Notes: generated by a model not told the origin, from the sequence alone. A stretch of DNA of 64,000 nucleotides from an uncultured Nitrososphaerota archaeon (GCA_963824385.1 CAWGPD010000004.1:352001-416000); one strand, 5' to 3'. Shown: positions 41,045 through 51,230, counted from the first letter of the stretch. Made by a program: numbers and translations.

Positions 41045-41152
41045 GATACACTATATGCATTTCAGATAATTATGCCATGTTCAACTTTGTTAGTTAACAA
41101 GGTTACTTGAGACTTGAATATCATTTTCTAAAAATCATTCCCAGAATGTTAT

Positions 41153-41260
41153 TTATTTTGAAAATTTATCCATCATCCCCTTTTTGTGGGCATGTATGCG
41201 ATGAACTTGCAATCCTTCATTAGAGTAGAATGTAGTATTACATTGCGTACAGGTAGGCAT
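41153..41260 (-). CDS. 35-aa classical C2H2 zinc-finger microprotein (not in ORF track)
   Basis: MPTCTQCNTTFYSNEGLQVHRIHAH = C-x2-C-x3-F-x5-L-x2-H-x4-H. Confidence 0.65.
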   Translation of the reverse strand: MPTCTQCNTTFYSNEGLQVHRIHAHKKGMMDKFSK

Positions 41261-41540
41261 TGTATTTTGGTTGTGATGATTTTTGATTTTAATTGTATGA
41301 TTGAAGATGTATTGACTAGAGATTAATGTAAGTCGAAATCTTTTTTAATTTGTATTTGGAATGCATATAGTTGGCAAACCAACTCAGGTTTGGACGAGGA
41401 TATAGCCAATTCACCTCCAAGAACTTGATATTATTTTGTAAAAATTTAGGAAAGTAGTTTTAGCCAGTAACTTTCCTTTTGTGGAATATTTCTTTAAAAC
41501 TTTCAACATGTCAGATAACAGAGTGTCTAAAAATCAAAAG

Positions 41541-41615
41541 CGGGCCCGGGGGGATTCGAACCCACGACCTGACGCTCCGCAAGCGTCCGCACTATCCAAG
41601 CTATGCTACGGGTCC
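41541..41615 (-). tRNA. tRNA-Arg(GCG)
   Basis: GGACCCGTAGCATAGCTTGGATAGTGCGGACGCTTGCGGAGCGTCAGGTCGTGGGTTCGAATCCCCCCGGGCCCG; anticodon stem GACGC/GCGTC, loop TTGCGGA. Confidence 0.95.
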
Positions 41616-41671
41616 ACAAATAAAATTCAGCAAATGCCTGTTATAATACATTTCAAAATATACAAAAAAAT

Positions 41672-42379
41672 CTAGGCGACTTCTTTTTCAGCCTTTTTTA
41701 CAAAGATGTAATTCATGGCAAGTCCTGCAATTACAGCTCCCAGTATTGGTCCTACCCAATACATCCAGTCATAGTTCCAGTATCCCGATATGAGTGCAGG
41801 TCCAAAAGTTCTTGCAGGATTTACACTTGCTCCAGTCAATGGTACACCTACCAAGTGTATCAAAAATATCATCCCACCAATTGCAAGACCATACATTCCA
41901 GCCGCTGCTTTTTTATGAACTGCAGTCATGAATATAACAGTCACCAAGAAGAAGGTAAGAATTGCCTCAACTGCAACTCCAGAAGCTGCGCTATTGTGCA
42001 AAAGAGCACTAGGTCCTGCTTGTGTACCATAGTTTATCTTTGAACCAATGTCTGGCAAAATTAGTTTAAACGTGGCAGCTGCTGCAATTGCCCCAATTAT
42101 CTGAAATATGATATACGCTATACCGTCTTTGATATTGATTCGTCTTGTAACTAACATGGATATAGTAACAGCGGGGTTGATATGAGCACCTGAAACATGC
42201 CCAAATGTGTAAACCATTAATCCAATTGCAGCACCATGTGCTAATGCTATCATGACTATGGCAGGAATTGAGAGTCCTGCACCAAATGCAACAACTGCAA
42301 GGCCAATGGACAAAGGTCCAAAGAAGACAAGACAGTATGTGGATATTGCTTCTGCAAGCCAAGCACGTGGATTAACCAT
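41672..42379 (-). CDS. Aquaporin (MIP family)
   Basis: SGAHINPAVT and SVNPART. Confidence 0.95.
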   Translation of the reverse strand: MVNPRAWLAEAISTYCLVFFGPLSIGLAVVAFGAGLSIPAIVMIALAHGAAIGLMVYTFGHVSGAHINPAVTISMLVTRRINIKDGIAYIIFQIIGAIAAAATFKLILPDIGSKINYGTQAGPSALLHNSAASGVAVEAILTFFLVTVIFMTAVHKKAAAGMYGLAIGGMIFLIHLVGVPLTGASVNPARTFGPALISGYWNYDWMYWVGPILGAVIAGLAMNYIFVKKAEKEVA

Positions 42380-42466
42380 TGATTACTCGACCTCTAAATA
42401 TACAATATAAAAGATTCGAATCAATCAGGCAAAAAATAAGTAGGGATAATCCAATTCATTTGTTAG

Positions 42467-42926
42467 ATGTTATCAGAAGGAGATCCAGTTCCAGATTTTG
42501 CACTAAAAGATTCAGAAGGTAAGACTGTAAAAAAATCAGATTCTCAAAGGAAAAAAATATGTTGTATACTTTTATCCTAAAGATTTCACTCCAGGATGCA
42601 CAACAGAGGCTGCCGAGTTTGCCCAAGATTACAAGAAATTCAAGACTGCAGGAATTGAGATTATAGGAATTAGTCCTGATGACGAAGAATCCCACAAAAA
42701 GTTTGGAGAAAAAATGAAAGTGCCTTTCATATTGCTTGCAGACACTGAAAAAGAGATATCAAAGAAATTTGGCGTTTGGGGAAAGAAGCAGTTTATGGGT
42801 CGTGAATACATGGGAGTAAATAGATCAACTTTTCTGGTTGATGAAAAAGGAAAAATATTAAAGGTTTTTGAAAAAGTAAAACCTGTAGGTCATGCACAAC
42901 AAGTGCTAGATGCCTTTAAGGCTTGA
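42467..42926 (+). CDS. bcp: Peroxiredoxin BCP/PrxQ (frameshift near 42545)
   Basis: MLSEGDPVPDF... joins YFYPKDFTPGCTTEA; GISPD; RSTFLVD. Confidence 0.88.
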
Positions 42927-44064
42927 ATCCTGCTGGAAGTGTAGTTCGGATTGTAGATTTTGGTTTTGGTGGCTCTGGAGTGGTGGAGGAGCTGTTGTTG
43001 TAGTAGTTGAACTACCAGTAAATTGTTTATCCATTGGATGATATGACAATCTTTTTCTTGTTGCAAAATACTTGTTGCCAGTATATCCTGTTGAGTGAAT
43101 CTGTGCATAAGCAGGTGCTACTTCTCCTGAACTTGGTTCATTGTAACTAGACTGTTGTGAAGATTCTGGTTTTGGAGATTCAGCTGGCTTTGGAGCTTCT
43201 GCTGGTTTGAATCCTGCAGGTAATGTACCATGAGTTGGACCTGATGCAGCTGGTCTTGGTTTTGCAGCTTCTGGTTTTGGTGCTTCAGCTGGCTTTGGAG
43301 ATTCTGATTTGAATCCGGCAGGTAAAGTACCGTGAGTTGGACCTGATGCAGCTGGTTTTGGTGGAGGTGGTGGTGCATGATGTGTCTCTTCTGCAGCATA
43401 TGTCTCTGCCACTTCAGAACCCTTTGCTTTCCACATTGACTTCTTTTCTTGTGGTTTCATACCTGCTGGCAATGTTCCACGTTGAGTCTTTGGTTCATCA
43501 TGTTCTGGTTCAGGTGCTGGTGGAGGAGCTGTTGTTGTAGTTTGAGTTGTAGTTGGACTACCAGTGAATTGTTTGTCCATTGGATGATATGACAATCTTT
43601 TTCTTGTTGCAAAATACTTGTTGCCAGTATATCCTGTTGAGCTGAATCTGTGCATAAGCAGGTGCTACTTCTCCCAAGTTTGGTTCATTGTAACTAGACT
43701 GTTGTGAAGATTCTGGTTTTGGAGATTCAGCTGGCTTTGGAGCTTCTGCTGGTTTGAATCCTGCAGGTAATGTACCATGAGTTGGACCTGATGCAGCTGG
43801 TCTTGGTTTTGCAGCTTCTGGTTTTGGTGCTTCAGCTGGCTTTGGAGATTCTGATTTGAATCCTGCTGGTAAAGTACCACGAGTTGAACCTGATGCAGCT
43901 GGTTTTGGCGCTGGTTTTGAAGTCTCAGATGTCTTAACCTGAGATGATAAATTAGAAAGCTTTGCTTCAAGCTCTGCTATTTTAGATTCTAGTTCGGCAG
44001 TGTTGGATCCTTCTGAAACTTTTTTAGTAGAACGTGTTTTTTTTGGCTGTGATTCTTTGGACAT
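42916..44064 (-). CDS. Pro/Ala-rich repetitive protein with TLPAGFK and YFATRKRLSYHP repeats (frameshifts near 43640 and 42980)
   Basis: The two called ORFs join; N-terminal coiled coil; internal duplication. Confidence 0.75.
43012..43908. repeat. ~350-bp near-identical intragenic duplication (43012-43361 / 43558-43908)
   Basis: Direct comparison by eye; offset 546-547 bp. Confidence 0.9.
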
Positions 44065-44167
44065 GTTATAGTTGTGTGATATAGCAGTTTATTTACATTT
44101 TGATCAAGTTCAGATCTGATAGGCTGAGCATAGAAGTTTTATATGAAGCAGGAGCGTATTTTAGGCG

Positions 44168-44545
44168 TTGGACGACTTTGAGAAGGAATATCCAGGCTTT
44201 GACTGGAAAAACATCCCAGCATACAAGCATCCAGGAGGAAGAAATTGTCCATGTCCAAAGCATGAATTTATTCGAGAACAAGTAGGTGTAGCAAGGACTG
44301 TAAGCCAGACATCAAAGGAGGCAAGCAATATCACACTCAAGTTTTGCCCCGATCATTACAAAGTATACCTTACTGAAGTAATTCCATCCATGCCGCTAAA
44401 GTATAGAATTTTAACAAAAATTGCACTAAAAATAGGTGCGATTAAGATTGAACAATTAAAGTACATGCAATCAGACCAATGTTTTTACTGCAGATTTGGC
44501 TCTGGTGGGCATGACAAGAAAAACGAGCTTCCTCCCATTTCCTAA
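44168..44545 (+). CDS. Cys-containing hypothetical protein
   Basis: CPCPKH, FCPDH, CFYC; TTG start. Confidence 0.65.
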   Translation: MDDFEKEYPGFDWKNIPAYKHPGGRNCPCPKHEFIREQVGVARTVSQTSKEASNITLKFCPDHYKVYLTEVIPSMPLKYRILTKIALKIGAIKIEQLKYMQSDQCFYCRFGSGGHDKKNELPPIS

Positions 44546-44772
44546 ATTGGACTGATCAAGACTTTGGGTTTGTTTGGCGTGTCATGATGACATTTTTTTC
44601 CACATAATGGACAGGTTATCCTGTCAAGAAAGATACATTGACAGATATGAGATTTCATATAGCTGTCAGCAGTTTTAGAAAACTCACCTGTTCCGTTACA
44701 AAATGAGCACTGGGTATCAAGAAGTAGAATTTTTCCCTGACCTCCACAAACTGCACATTTTTGTTCGGTCAA
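44542..44772 (-). CDS. Small Zn-finger protein (DnaJ-type CxxCxGxG)
   Basis: CAVCGGQG, CSFCNGTG, CPLCGKKCHH. Confidence 0.75.
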   Translation of the reverse strand: MTEQKCAVCGGQGKILLLDTQCSFCNGTGEFSKTADSYMKSHICQCIFLDRITCPLCGKKCHHDTPNKPKVLISPI

Positions 44773-44884
44773 CTTGATGGCATTCCCTCTTTAGGATAAT
44801 TAAAGTTCTTTTGTTAGAACTTTTTTTTCAGGCATTAGATGAGAATCTAGTTAAGCTTATACAATATACAAATCCAGTAAAGAC

Positions 44885-46327
44885 GTGCCTATTGAAGACA
44901 TTTCAGAGTTTGTTGAAAAATTAGATAAAGCAGGTGAACTTAGAAGAGTAAAAACACAAGTTGATACAAACCTTGAGATCTCTGAAATTCTAAGCAGGGT
45001 GATGTATTCCAATGGTCCGGCTATACTTTTTGAAAATGTCAAAAATTATGACATGCCAGTTCTAGCAAACGCATTTGGTTCTCTGAAGAGACTTGAGATA
45101 GGATTGGAGACTACAGACTTTACTGAAATAGGTCAAAGAATTGTAGATATAACAAAGATGGAGATGCCTACTGGAATTTTTGACAAGCTAAGAAAACTTC
45201 CAGAACTCTCAAAGATGGCAGACATTGCACCAAAGCTGCAAAAGAGCGGTCCTGTCACAGAAGTAATAGAGGATGTACCATCATTTGACAAGATTCCAAT
45301 TCTTAAAACATGGCCAAAGGATGCAGGCAAGTTTATCACATTTGGACTAGTTGCCACTCGTCATCCTGAAACGGGTATAAGAAATCTTGGAGTATACAGG
45401 ATGCAGATTCTTGATAATACCCATGCACTCATGCATTGGCAAAAACACAAACGCGGTGCACATCATTATGATATCAAAAAAGATTCCGGAAGTAAGATAG
45501 AAGTTGCAATAATAATTGGAGGAGATCCTGCTACAGTATTTTCTGCAGTAACTCCTGTACCAGAAGGACTAGACAAGTATGTCTTTTCTGGAATTACAAG
45601 AAAAACAGGAATCAAGACAGTAAAATGCAAAACAGTTGATCTTGAAGTTCCTGCCAATGCAGAGATAGTATTGGAAGGATATGTTGACCCGTCAGATATC
45701 AGAATGGAAGGGCCGTTTGGAGACCATACAGGATACTATACACCGCCCGAACCATATCCCGTATTTACATTAACTGGAGTGATGCGAAGACAAAAACCGA
45801 TTTATCTAACAACTATAGTTGGAAAACCAATACTGGAAGATGCATATATTGGAAAGGTAATTGAGCGTTCATTTTTACCTCTAATCAAAATGTTTCATCC
45901 AGAGGTTGTGGATTTTTCAATGCCTGCTTCAGGATGGTTCCAAGGCATGGCAATTATATCAATCAAGAAAAGATACCCAGGACAGGCAAAAAAAGTCATG
46001 ATGGGCCTTTGGGGAATGGGCCAGCTTGCACTAACTAAATTCTTTGTAGTAGTTGATGAAGATGTAAACGTACATGACCTAAATAATGTAATTTGGGCAA
46101 TTACTACAAGGGCAGATGCTGCAAGAGATACTACAATAATTAACAACACTCCAACAGATACACTTGATCCTGCATCTCCACTTGTAAACTTGGGCTCTAA
46201 ACTTGGAATTGATGCAACCCAGAAAACAAAGGAAGAAGGATACCAAAGAGAGATACAAGAACTTGTAAAATCAGACGAGGTTACAAAAAAGACAGTAGAC
46301 TCTAAGTGGTCAAGCTATGGCATCTAG
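44885..46327 (+). CDS. ubiD: UbiD family decarboxylase (menaquinone/futalosine pathway type)
   Basis: NLGVYRMQ; EGPFGDHTGYY; VVVDEDV; KLGIDAT. Confidence 0.9.
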   Translation: MPIEDISEFVEKLDKAGELRRVKTQVDTNLEISEILSRVMYSNGPAILFENVKNYDMPVLANAFGSLKRLEIGLETTDFTEIGQRIVDITKMEMPTGIFDKLRKLPELSKMADIAPKLQKSGPVTEVIEDVPSFDKIPILKTWPKDAGKFITFGLVATRHPETGIRNLGVYRMQILDNTHALMHWQKHKRGAHHYDIKKDSGSKIEVAIIIGGDPATVFSAVTPVPEGLDKYVFSGITRKTGIKTVKCKTVDLEVPANAEIVLEGYVDPSDIRMEGPFGDHTGYYTPPEPYPVFTLTGVMRRQKPIYLTTIVGKPILEDAYIGKVIERSFLPLIKMFHPEVVDFSMPASGWFQGMAIISIKKRYPGQAKKVMMGLWGMGQLALTKFFVVVDEDVNVHDLNNVIWAITTRADAARDTTIINNTPTDTLDPASPLVNLGSKLGIDATQKTKEEGYQREIQELVKSDEVTKKTVDSKWSSYGI

Positions 46328-47442
46328 TATGTTCTAACTATATTATAGAAATTATCGCGTTCGTCAACATTATACCCTATCTGTTTTACTGCCTGAATAA
46401 TTTTTGCGCCAGTAAGCTCTGTAGAACGAGCCCCCGTACAAGATACAACTTCCTCACCAAGAAGCGTTCCACCAAAGTCATCGGCTCCATATTGCAATGC
46501 CATTTGTGCCATTGCAACTCCATTTGTAAGCCATGAAGATTGGATATGAGAAATTAATCCATTATACATTATTCTAGATATTGCAATCATCTTTAGAAGT
46601 TGAGTTCCACCTGCAGCATATTGCACAGTTTCTTGCTTTTGCATCAATGTGTTATTTGGCTCAAAACTCCATGGGATAAATGCCATGAAACCGTTTGTCT
46701 TTTCTTGCAATTTTGCAATTTTTACAAAGTGTTCTGCAATGTCATCTTTAGTTTCAACATGTCCATACATCATGGTAGCAGATGCCGGAATTCCAAGACC
46801 ATGTGCCTCTTCCATTATCCTAAGCCATGTATCACTTGAGATCTTTTTTGGACTGATGATTTGCTTTACTTTGTCAACTAGAATCTCAGCACCCGCACCT
46901 GGAATTGATTGCATTCCAGATTCTTTTAGTCTTGATAAAACCTCTTTTGTACTGGTATGTTCAACTTTTGAGATCATATCAATCTCAGATGCAGAGAGTC
47001 CATGAACTCCGACTTTGGGAAATTTTTTTCTTATCAACTTGAATGCATCTTCAAAATATTCAATGTGAAGAGATGGGTTGTGTCCTCCCTGAAACATCAC
47101 TTGTGTTACACCAAACATATCCCAGGCGGCTTTAACTCTGGATTCTATTTGATCAAGTGTTACAGTATAAGACTCCTCATGACCAGGAGGTCTGTAAAAC
47201 GCACAAAATTTACAATCTGTTATACACACATTTGTATAATTTAAAATCATATTATTTACAAAAGAAGAACGTAGTCCAAACTTTTTTCTTGTCAGGTAAC
47301 CTGCAACAAGTCCCATCAGATGCACATCATTAGAATCCAATAGTCTTCTACATTCTTCAATACCTGGCCTTTTACCAACAAGAGAATTTTCTAATATATC
47401 ACCAATTTGAGAATGATGAAGTTGTTCTGTCAGTTGACTCAA
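46324..47442 (-). CDS. mqnC: Cyclic dehypoxanthinyl futalosine synthase (CofH/MqnC radical SAM family)
   Basis: NYTNVCITDCKFCAFYR; QGGHNP; PGAGAEIL; FIPWSF; IQSSWLT. Confidence 0.82.
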   Translation of the reverse strand: MSQLTEQLHHSQIGDILENSLVGKRPGIEECRRLLDSNDVHLMGLVAGYLTRKKFGLRSSFVNNMILNYTNVCITDCKFCAFYRPPGHEESYTVTLDQIESRVKAAWDMFGVTQVMFQGGHNPSLHIEYFEDAFKLIRKKFPKVGVHGLSASEIDMISKVEHTSTKEVLSRLKESGMQSIPGAGAEILVDKVKQIISPKKISSDTWLRIMEEAHGLGIPASATMMYGHVETKDDIAEHFVKIAKLQEKTNGFMAFIPWSFEPNNTLMQKQETVQYAAGGTQLLKMIAISRIMYNGLISHIQSSWLTNGVAMAQMALQYGADDFGGTLLGEEVVSCTGARSTELTGAKIIQAVKQIGYNVDERDNFYNIVRTY

Positions 47443-47610
47443 TTGACTGTGTTTTCCTTTTATTGTATTTAATCCTTTGAAAGTAAAATAATTTTAAAAA
47501 AAAGTATTCATACAATTCGGATTTTGATTACAGTTTTTACAGATATCAAAATAGAAATCCGTTGTATTTTCCCGCTATTTTTAAGTAGGGCACAGCAACG
47601 ATTAACTCCA

Positions 47611-48393
47611 ATGGTAACTGGCCACCAGATTCGAATGAATCGTATTCTACGCAATGGCAAGATGCTTTGCATACCTATGGATCATGGGATATCTAGTGGC
47701 CCACTAAAAGGAATTGAGGACCCTTTTGCTTTGATTTACAATTGCCAACATTTTGGACTTACTTCGGTCATAATCAATAAAGGAATTTTTAAGAATTTGC
47801 CAAAACCCACCAAGATTGGGCTTATTGTGCATTTTTCAGGTAGCACTTCGCTTTCCATGTCACCAAACAGAAAGATGTTGACAGGCTCAGTTGAAGAGGC
47901 ATTACGATTAGGTGCTGACGGAGTTTCACTTCATATCAACATAGGCGGAAAAGAAGAACCAGAAATGATAGAGCAACTTGGCAGAATTGCAGATGACTGT
48001 CATAAATGGAGTATGCCTCTTTTAGCAATGATGTATCCGCGAGGCGAGAATATCAAGAATCCTCACGACCCAGAAATAGTTGGACATGTTGCAAGAATTG
48101 GAGCAGAATGCGGTGCAGATATTGTAAAGACACTTTACACAGGAGACATTGATTCATTTAAAAAAATTGTCAAGAGCACTCCAGTACCTATTGTAATAGC
48201 AGGAGGCCCCAAGGCAAAGACAGACAAGGATGTATTACTAATGACTCAAGAAGCTATGGAGGCTGGAGCCAAAGGAGTAACATATGGTAGAAATATTTTT
48301 GAGCATAAAGATCCAGGTAAGATGACCCGAGCTCTTTCTGCAATAATATTTAGTAAAGAATCAGCAAAGGATGCAGCGAAGTATCTTGAGTAA
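47611..48393 (+). CDS. aroA': 2-amino-3,7-dideoxy-D-threo-hept-6-ulosonate synthase (class I aldolase)
   Basis: PMDHG; MMYPRG; GADIVKT; AGG; GRNIF; directly upstream of DHQ synthase II. Confidence 0.85.
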   Translation: MVTGHQIRMNRILRNGKMLCIPMDHGISSGPLKGIEDPFALIYNCQHFGLTSVIINKGIFKNLPKPTKIGLIVHFSGSTSLSMSPNRKMLTGSVEEALRLGADGVSLHINIGGKEEPEMIEQLGRIADDCHKWSMPLLAMMYPRGENIKNPHDPEIVGHVARIGAECGADIVKTLYTGDIDSFKKIVKSTPVPIVIAGGPKAKTDKDVLLMTQEAMEAGAKGVTYGRNIFEHKDPGKMTRALSAIIFSKESAKDAAKYLE

Positions 48394-49443
48394 GAACAGG
48401 GAATTAATCATAGCCCCAAAAATTTCAAGGGGTCAGATTGCCAAATTTTTGTCTGAGATAGAAAAAGAAGGAATCAAGATTGTAAATATAGATCCCAACA
48501 GCATCAAAGGAATCAAGACAAAACTTTCTACAATACATACTTCTACAAATGCAGATTATGTTATAGTTGACAAGGTTACAAAACTTCGAGGTAAAAAGAC
48601 TGGAATGAAGTTCAAGGTTCTTTCAAATACAGATATAGAAAAAATACTGTCATTTGCAAAGGCAGGGTTAGATTTTGTCATAATTGAGGTAAAAGACTGG
48701 AAAATAATTCCCTTGGAGAACATCATAGCAAAACTACACAAGATTCACACAAAGGTATTTGCTGTAGCCAACACCCCAGACGAGGCCCGTAAGATGTTTT
48801 CAATCTTAGAGATAGGAGTAGACGGAGTCATATTTTCAACCAATTCATTAAACGAGGTAAAAGAGACACTTGTCTACCTTGGTTCAAAGAGTTTTGATCT
48901 CAAGTCTGCTAAAATTTTAGAGATAAAGGAGGTTGGAAATGGCGAACGTGTCTGTGTTGATACTGCCTCAATGCTAGGACGGGGTGAAGGAATGCTGATT
49001 GGTAGCAGGGCAAATTTTCTCTTTCTTGTACATAACGAGTCAGTTGGTTCATCATTTACATCGCCAAGACCTTTTAGAGTAAATGCAGGTGCAGTACATT
49101 GCTACACTTTATCCCCAGATGGAACAACAAATTATTTATCAGAATTAGAAACTGGCTCAGAAGTTCTTGTCATAGATTCACATGGCAAGGCAAGAAGAGA
49201 GCTACAGTTGGTCGTTCCAAAATAGAGAGCAGACCCATGCTAATGATTAAAGCACAAATTGGAAATGAGATTGGTGGAATAATTGCACAAAATGCCGAGA
49301 CAATTCGCTTTGTACGTCCAGATGGTCACCTTGTCTCAGTCACACATCTAAAGAAAGGAGACACTGTCCTTGCATATTCAAAACCTGCAACAGGAAGACA
49401 TTTTGGCATGGAAGTAGACGATGAATATATCATAGAAAAATAG
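48386..49443 (+). CDS. aroB': 3-dehydroquinate synthase II (frameshift near 49198)
   Basis: DWKIIPLENIIA; GERVCVDT; RPFRVNAG; VGRSKIESRP; QNAETIR; GRHFG. Confidence 0.92.
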
Positions 49444-49707
49444 TTTTTTACACACAATACAAATTTAAAAAAAGTTGTAAAATTCTTATACAGATATACA
49501 ATAAGATAATCCATTGAACCTACGTTGCAATATATGTGCCATAGAGATTGATGAAAAGGAAGTAGATTCTCATGTAGGTACACCCCAGCATCTAGAGAAC
49601 AAATCAAAAATTTCTACGAACGGAAAAGGTTTAGACAAGAGTGTTACAGACATGTGGTACAATTCATTAGGCTAAAAATATCATTTATAGAAAAATAAAA
49701 AAATGTG

Positions 49708-49911
49708 TCACTCGAATTTCTTTTTAAGCTGAATTATTTCAGCCATCTCTTCTTTGAGATGTCTTTTCAAAAGAGACTCGTGTTCTCTTTTATGTCTCCA
49801 GTACAAATTCATGACAGATTGTCTGGATTTGGCATGCTTTAATGCAGCAGTGTATTTTCTGTGACTTTGTTCAACAATTCGGAAATACGATTTGCTGTTA
49901 GAAGTTACCAT
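49708..49911 (-). CDS. Small basic/His-rich hypothetical protein
   Basis: YWRHKREHESLLKRHLKEE. Confidence 0.6.
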   Translation of the reverse strand: MVTSNSKSYFRIVEQSHRKYTAALKHAKSRQSVMNLYWRHKREHESLLKRHLKEEMAEIIQLKKKFE

Positions 49912-49976
49912 ATGTGAATTTTTGATTCTTAATAGATAACCTTTCCTATTTAGTAAAGTTCATTCATGTAAAAAAT

Positions 49977-50828
49977 CTACAATGGTTCTGGTTTTTTCCA
50001 GTTAGGAACCAATTGCATCTTACGAAGGGAGGGCGGCTCTAGAGTCCTTTTCTTGGCAATTTTGACGTATTTTGATGATTTGTCTACCCCAATGTATTTT
50101 CGGTGGAGAAATCTTGCCATCTTTGTGGTTTGGCCACTCCCAACAAACGGATCAAGTACAGTATCACCCATGTTACTATAAAGTTGGATTAAACGGTAAG
50201 GTATCTCTTCTGGAAATGCAGCAGGATGAAATCGCCTATAGCTTGGCGGCATTGGAGCTATGTGCCAGATTGAATTTGCAATTTCTTTTTTCATCAAATC
50301 ATTAAGGACCAATTTACTTTTTTTGTCTTTGAAATTATGAAATGGCATTTTTCGCAGAATTATAATTTGTTCATGCATAATATTTGGATAATAATACGTA
50401 GGATAAGGATGCTGAACTGTTACTCTGAATCTTTTTTTTCCGCCAGTAACTTTATTCCATATTATTTCTTCAAAAAAATACCAGCCAATTTCTTTCTTGG
50501 ATAACTCTACAAGAAGTAATGCAGGAAGTGGAAGTTTACTTTTTCCTTCAATGATTTCATTTCCTATCACAATACAGCAAAATCCCCCAGGTTTAGTTAC
50601 ACGATAAACTTCAGAAAAAACACTTTTCATCTCTTCAAGCCAGTCTTCAATTGATACCTCAACAGTTCCACGATACCATTTCTTTGTATCCTGGTGTTCT
50701 TGGTAGTTTATTGCGTTATGATATGGTGGAGATGTTACAGTTAATGCAATTGTATTGTCTTTTATCTGAGAAAGATCTTTTGAATTTCCAATCATTACAG
50801 AATTTGGCTTCCACATTACCTTCCTCAA
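49977..50828 (-). CDS. Orphan site-specific DNA methyltransferase (N4-C/N6-A, beta class)
   Basis: VTSPPY (motif IV) precedes HPAAFP and VLDPFVGSGQT (motif I); start codon uncertain. Confidence 0.9.
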   Translation of the reverse strand: MRKVMWKPNSVMIGNSKDLSQIKDNTIALTVTSPPYHNAINYQEHQDTKKWYRGTVEVSIEDWLEEMKSVFSEVYRVTKPGGFCCIVIGNEIIEGKSKLPLPALLLVELSKKEIGWYFFEEIIWNKVTGGKKRFRVTVQHPYPTYYYPNIMHEQIIILRKMPFHNFKDKKSKLVLNDLMKKEIANSIWHIAPMPPSYRRFHPAAFPEEIPYRLIQLYSNMGDTVLDPFVGSGQTTKMARFLHRKYIGVDKSSKYVKIAKKRTLEPPSLRKMQLVPNWKKPEPL

Positions 50829-50899
50829 TTGTTTTAATATTTAACAGTTGTAAAAATAGAAAAAACATTTTCACATAAAATTAAAACAAAGAAAATCAG

Positions 50900-50926
50900 C
50901 TAAAACATGTCACGCGCATGTTTTAG
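50900..50926. terminator. 10-bp inverted repeat just 3' of alba (terminator or operator)
   Basis: CTAAAACATG-N7-CATGTTTTAG. Confidence 0.4.
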
Positions 50927-50930
50927 ACGA

Positions 50931-51230
50931 TCATGAAGTTTTCTTTACTTCTATTTCTATAGTGGATACATTTCTTGACCTTCCGTCCAATGATTGAAGT
51001 TGCTCTGATCCTATTTTTATTTCTCCTATAGAATATCCTCCAGAAGTATCAGCCCTTCTTGCAATTATTTGTGCAACATCTACTGCTCTACCTATGCTAA
51101 GCCCTCTTGCTTTTATTGAGACTCGCGGATTGTTGGCTAGTTGGATTAGTGCAGATGTTACATATGCCATTATGGGCTTTTTTCCTATGAAGACTGTGTC
51201 TTTTGCGTCGCGTCGTTCGTCTCTACTCAT
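50931..51230 (-). CDS. alba: Alba DNA/RNA-binding protein
   Basis: VFIGKKPIMAYV; IKARG.SIGRAVDVA; NVSTIEI. Confidence 0.93.
   Translation of the reverse strand: MSRDERRDAKDTVFIGKKPIMAYVTSALIQLANNPRVSIKARGLSIGRAVDVAQIIARRADTSGGYSIGEIKIGSEQLQSLDGRSRNVSTIEIEVKKTS

Noticed and set aside
41481..41675. 64-aa + strand ORF
   Set aside because: Antisense shadow of tRNA-Arg
43012..43908. Direct repeats as mobile-element ends
   Set aside because: Both copies lie inside one repetitive coding sequence; no transposase or target-site duplication
46324..47442. Second cofH copy
   Set aside because: Context next to the UbiD decarboxylase and QGGHNP/FIPW motifs fit MqnC; true cofH is paired with cofG
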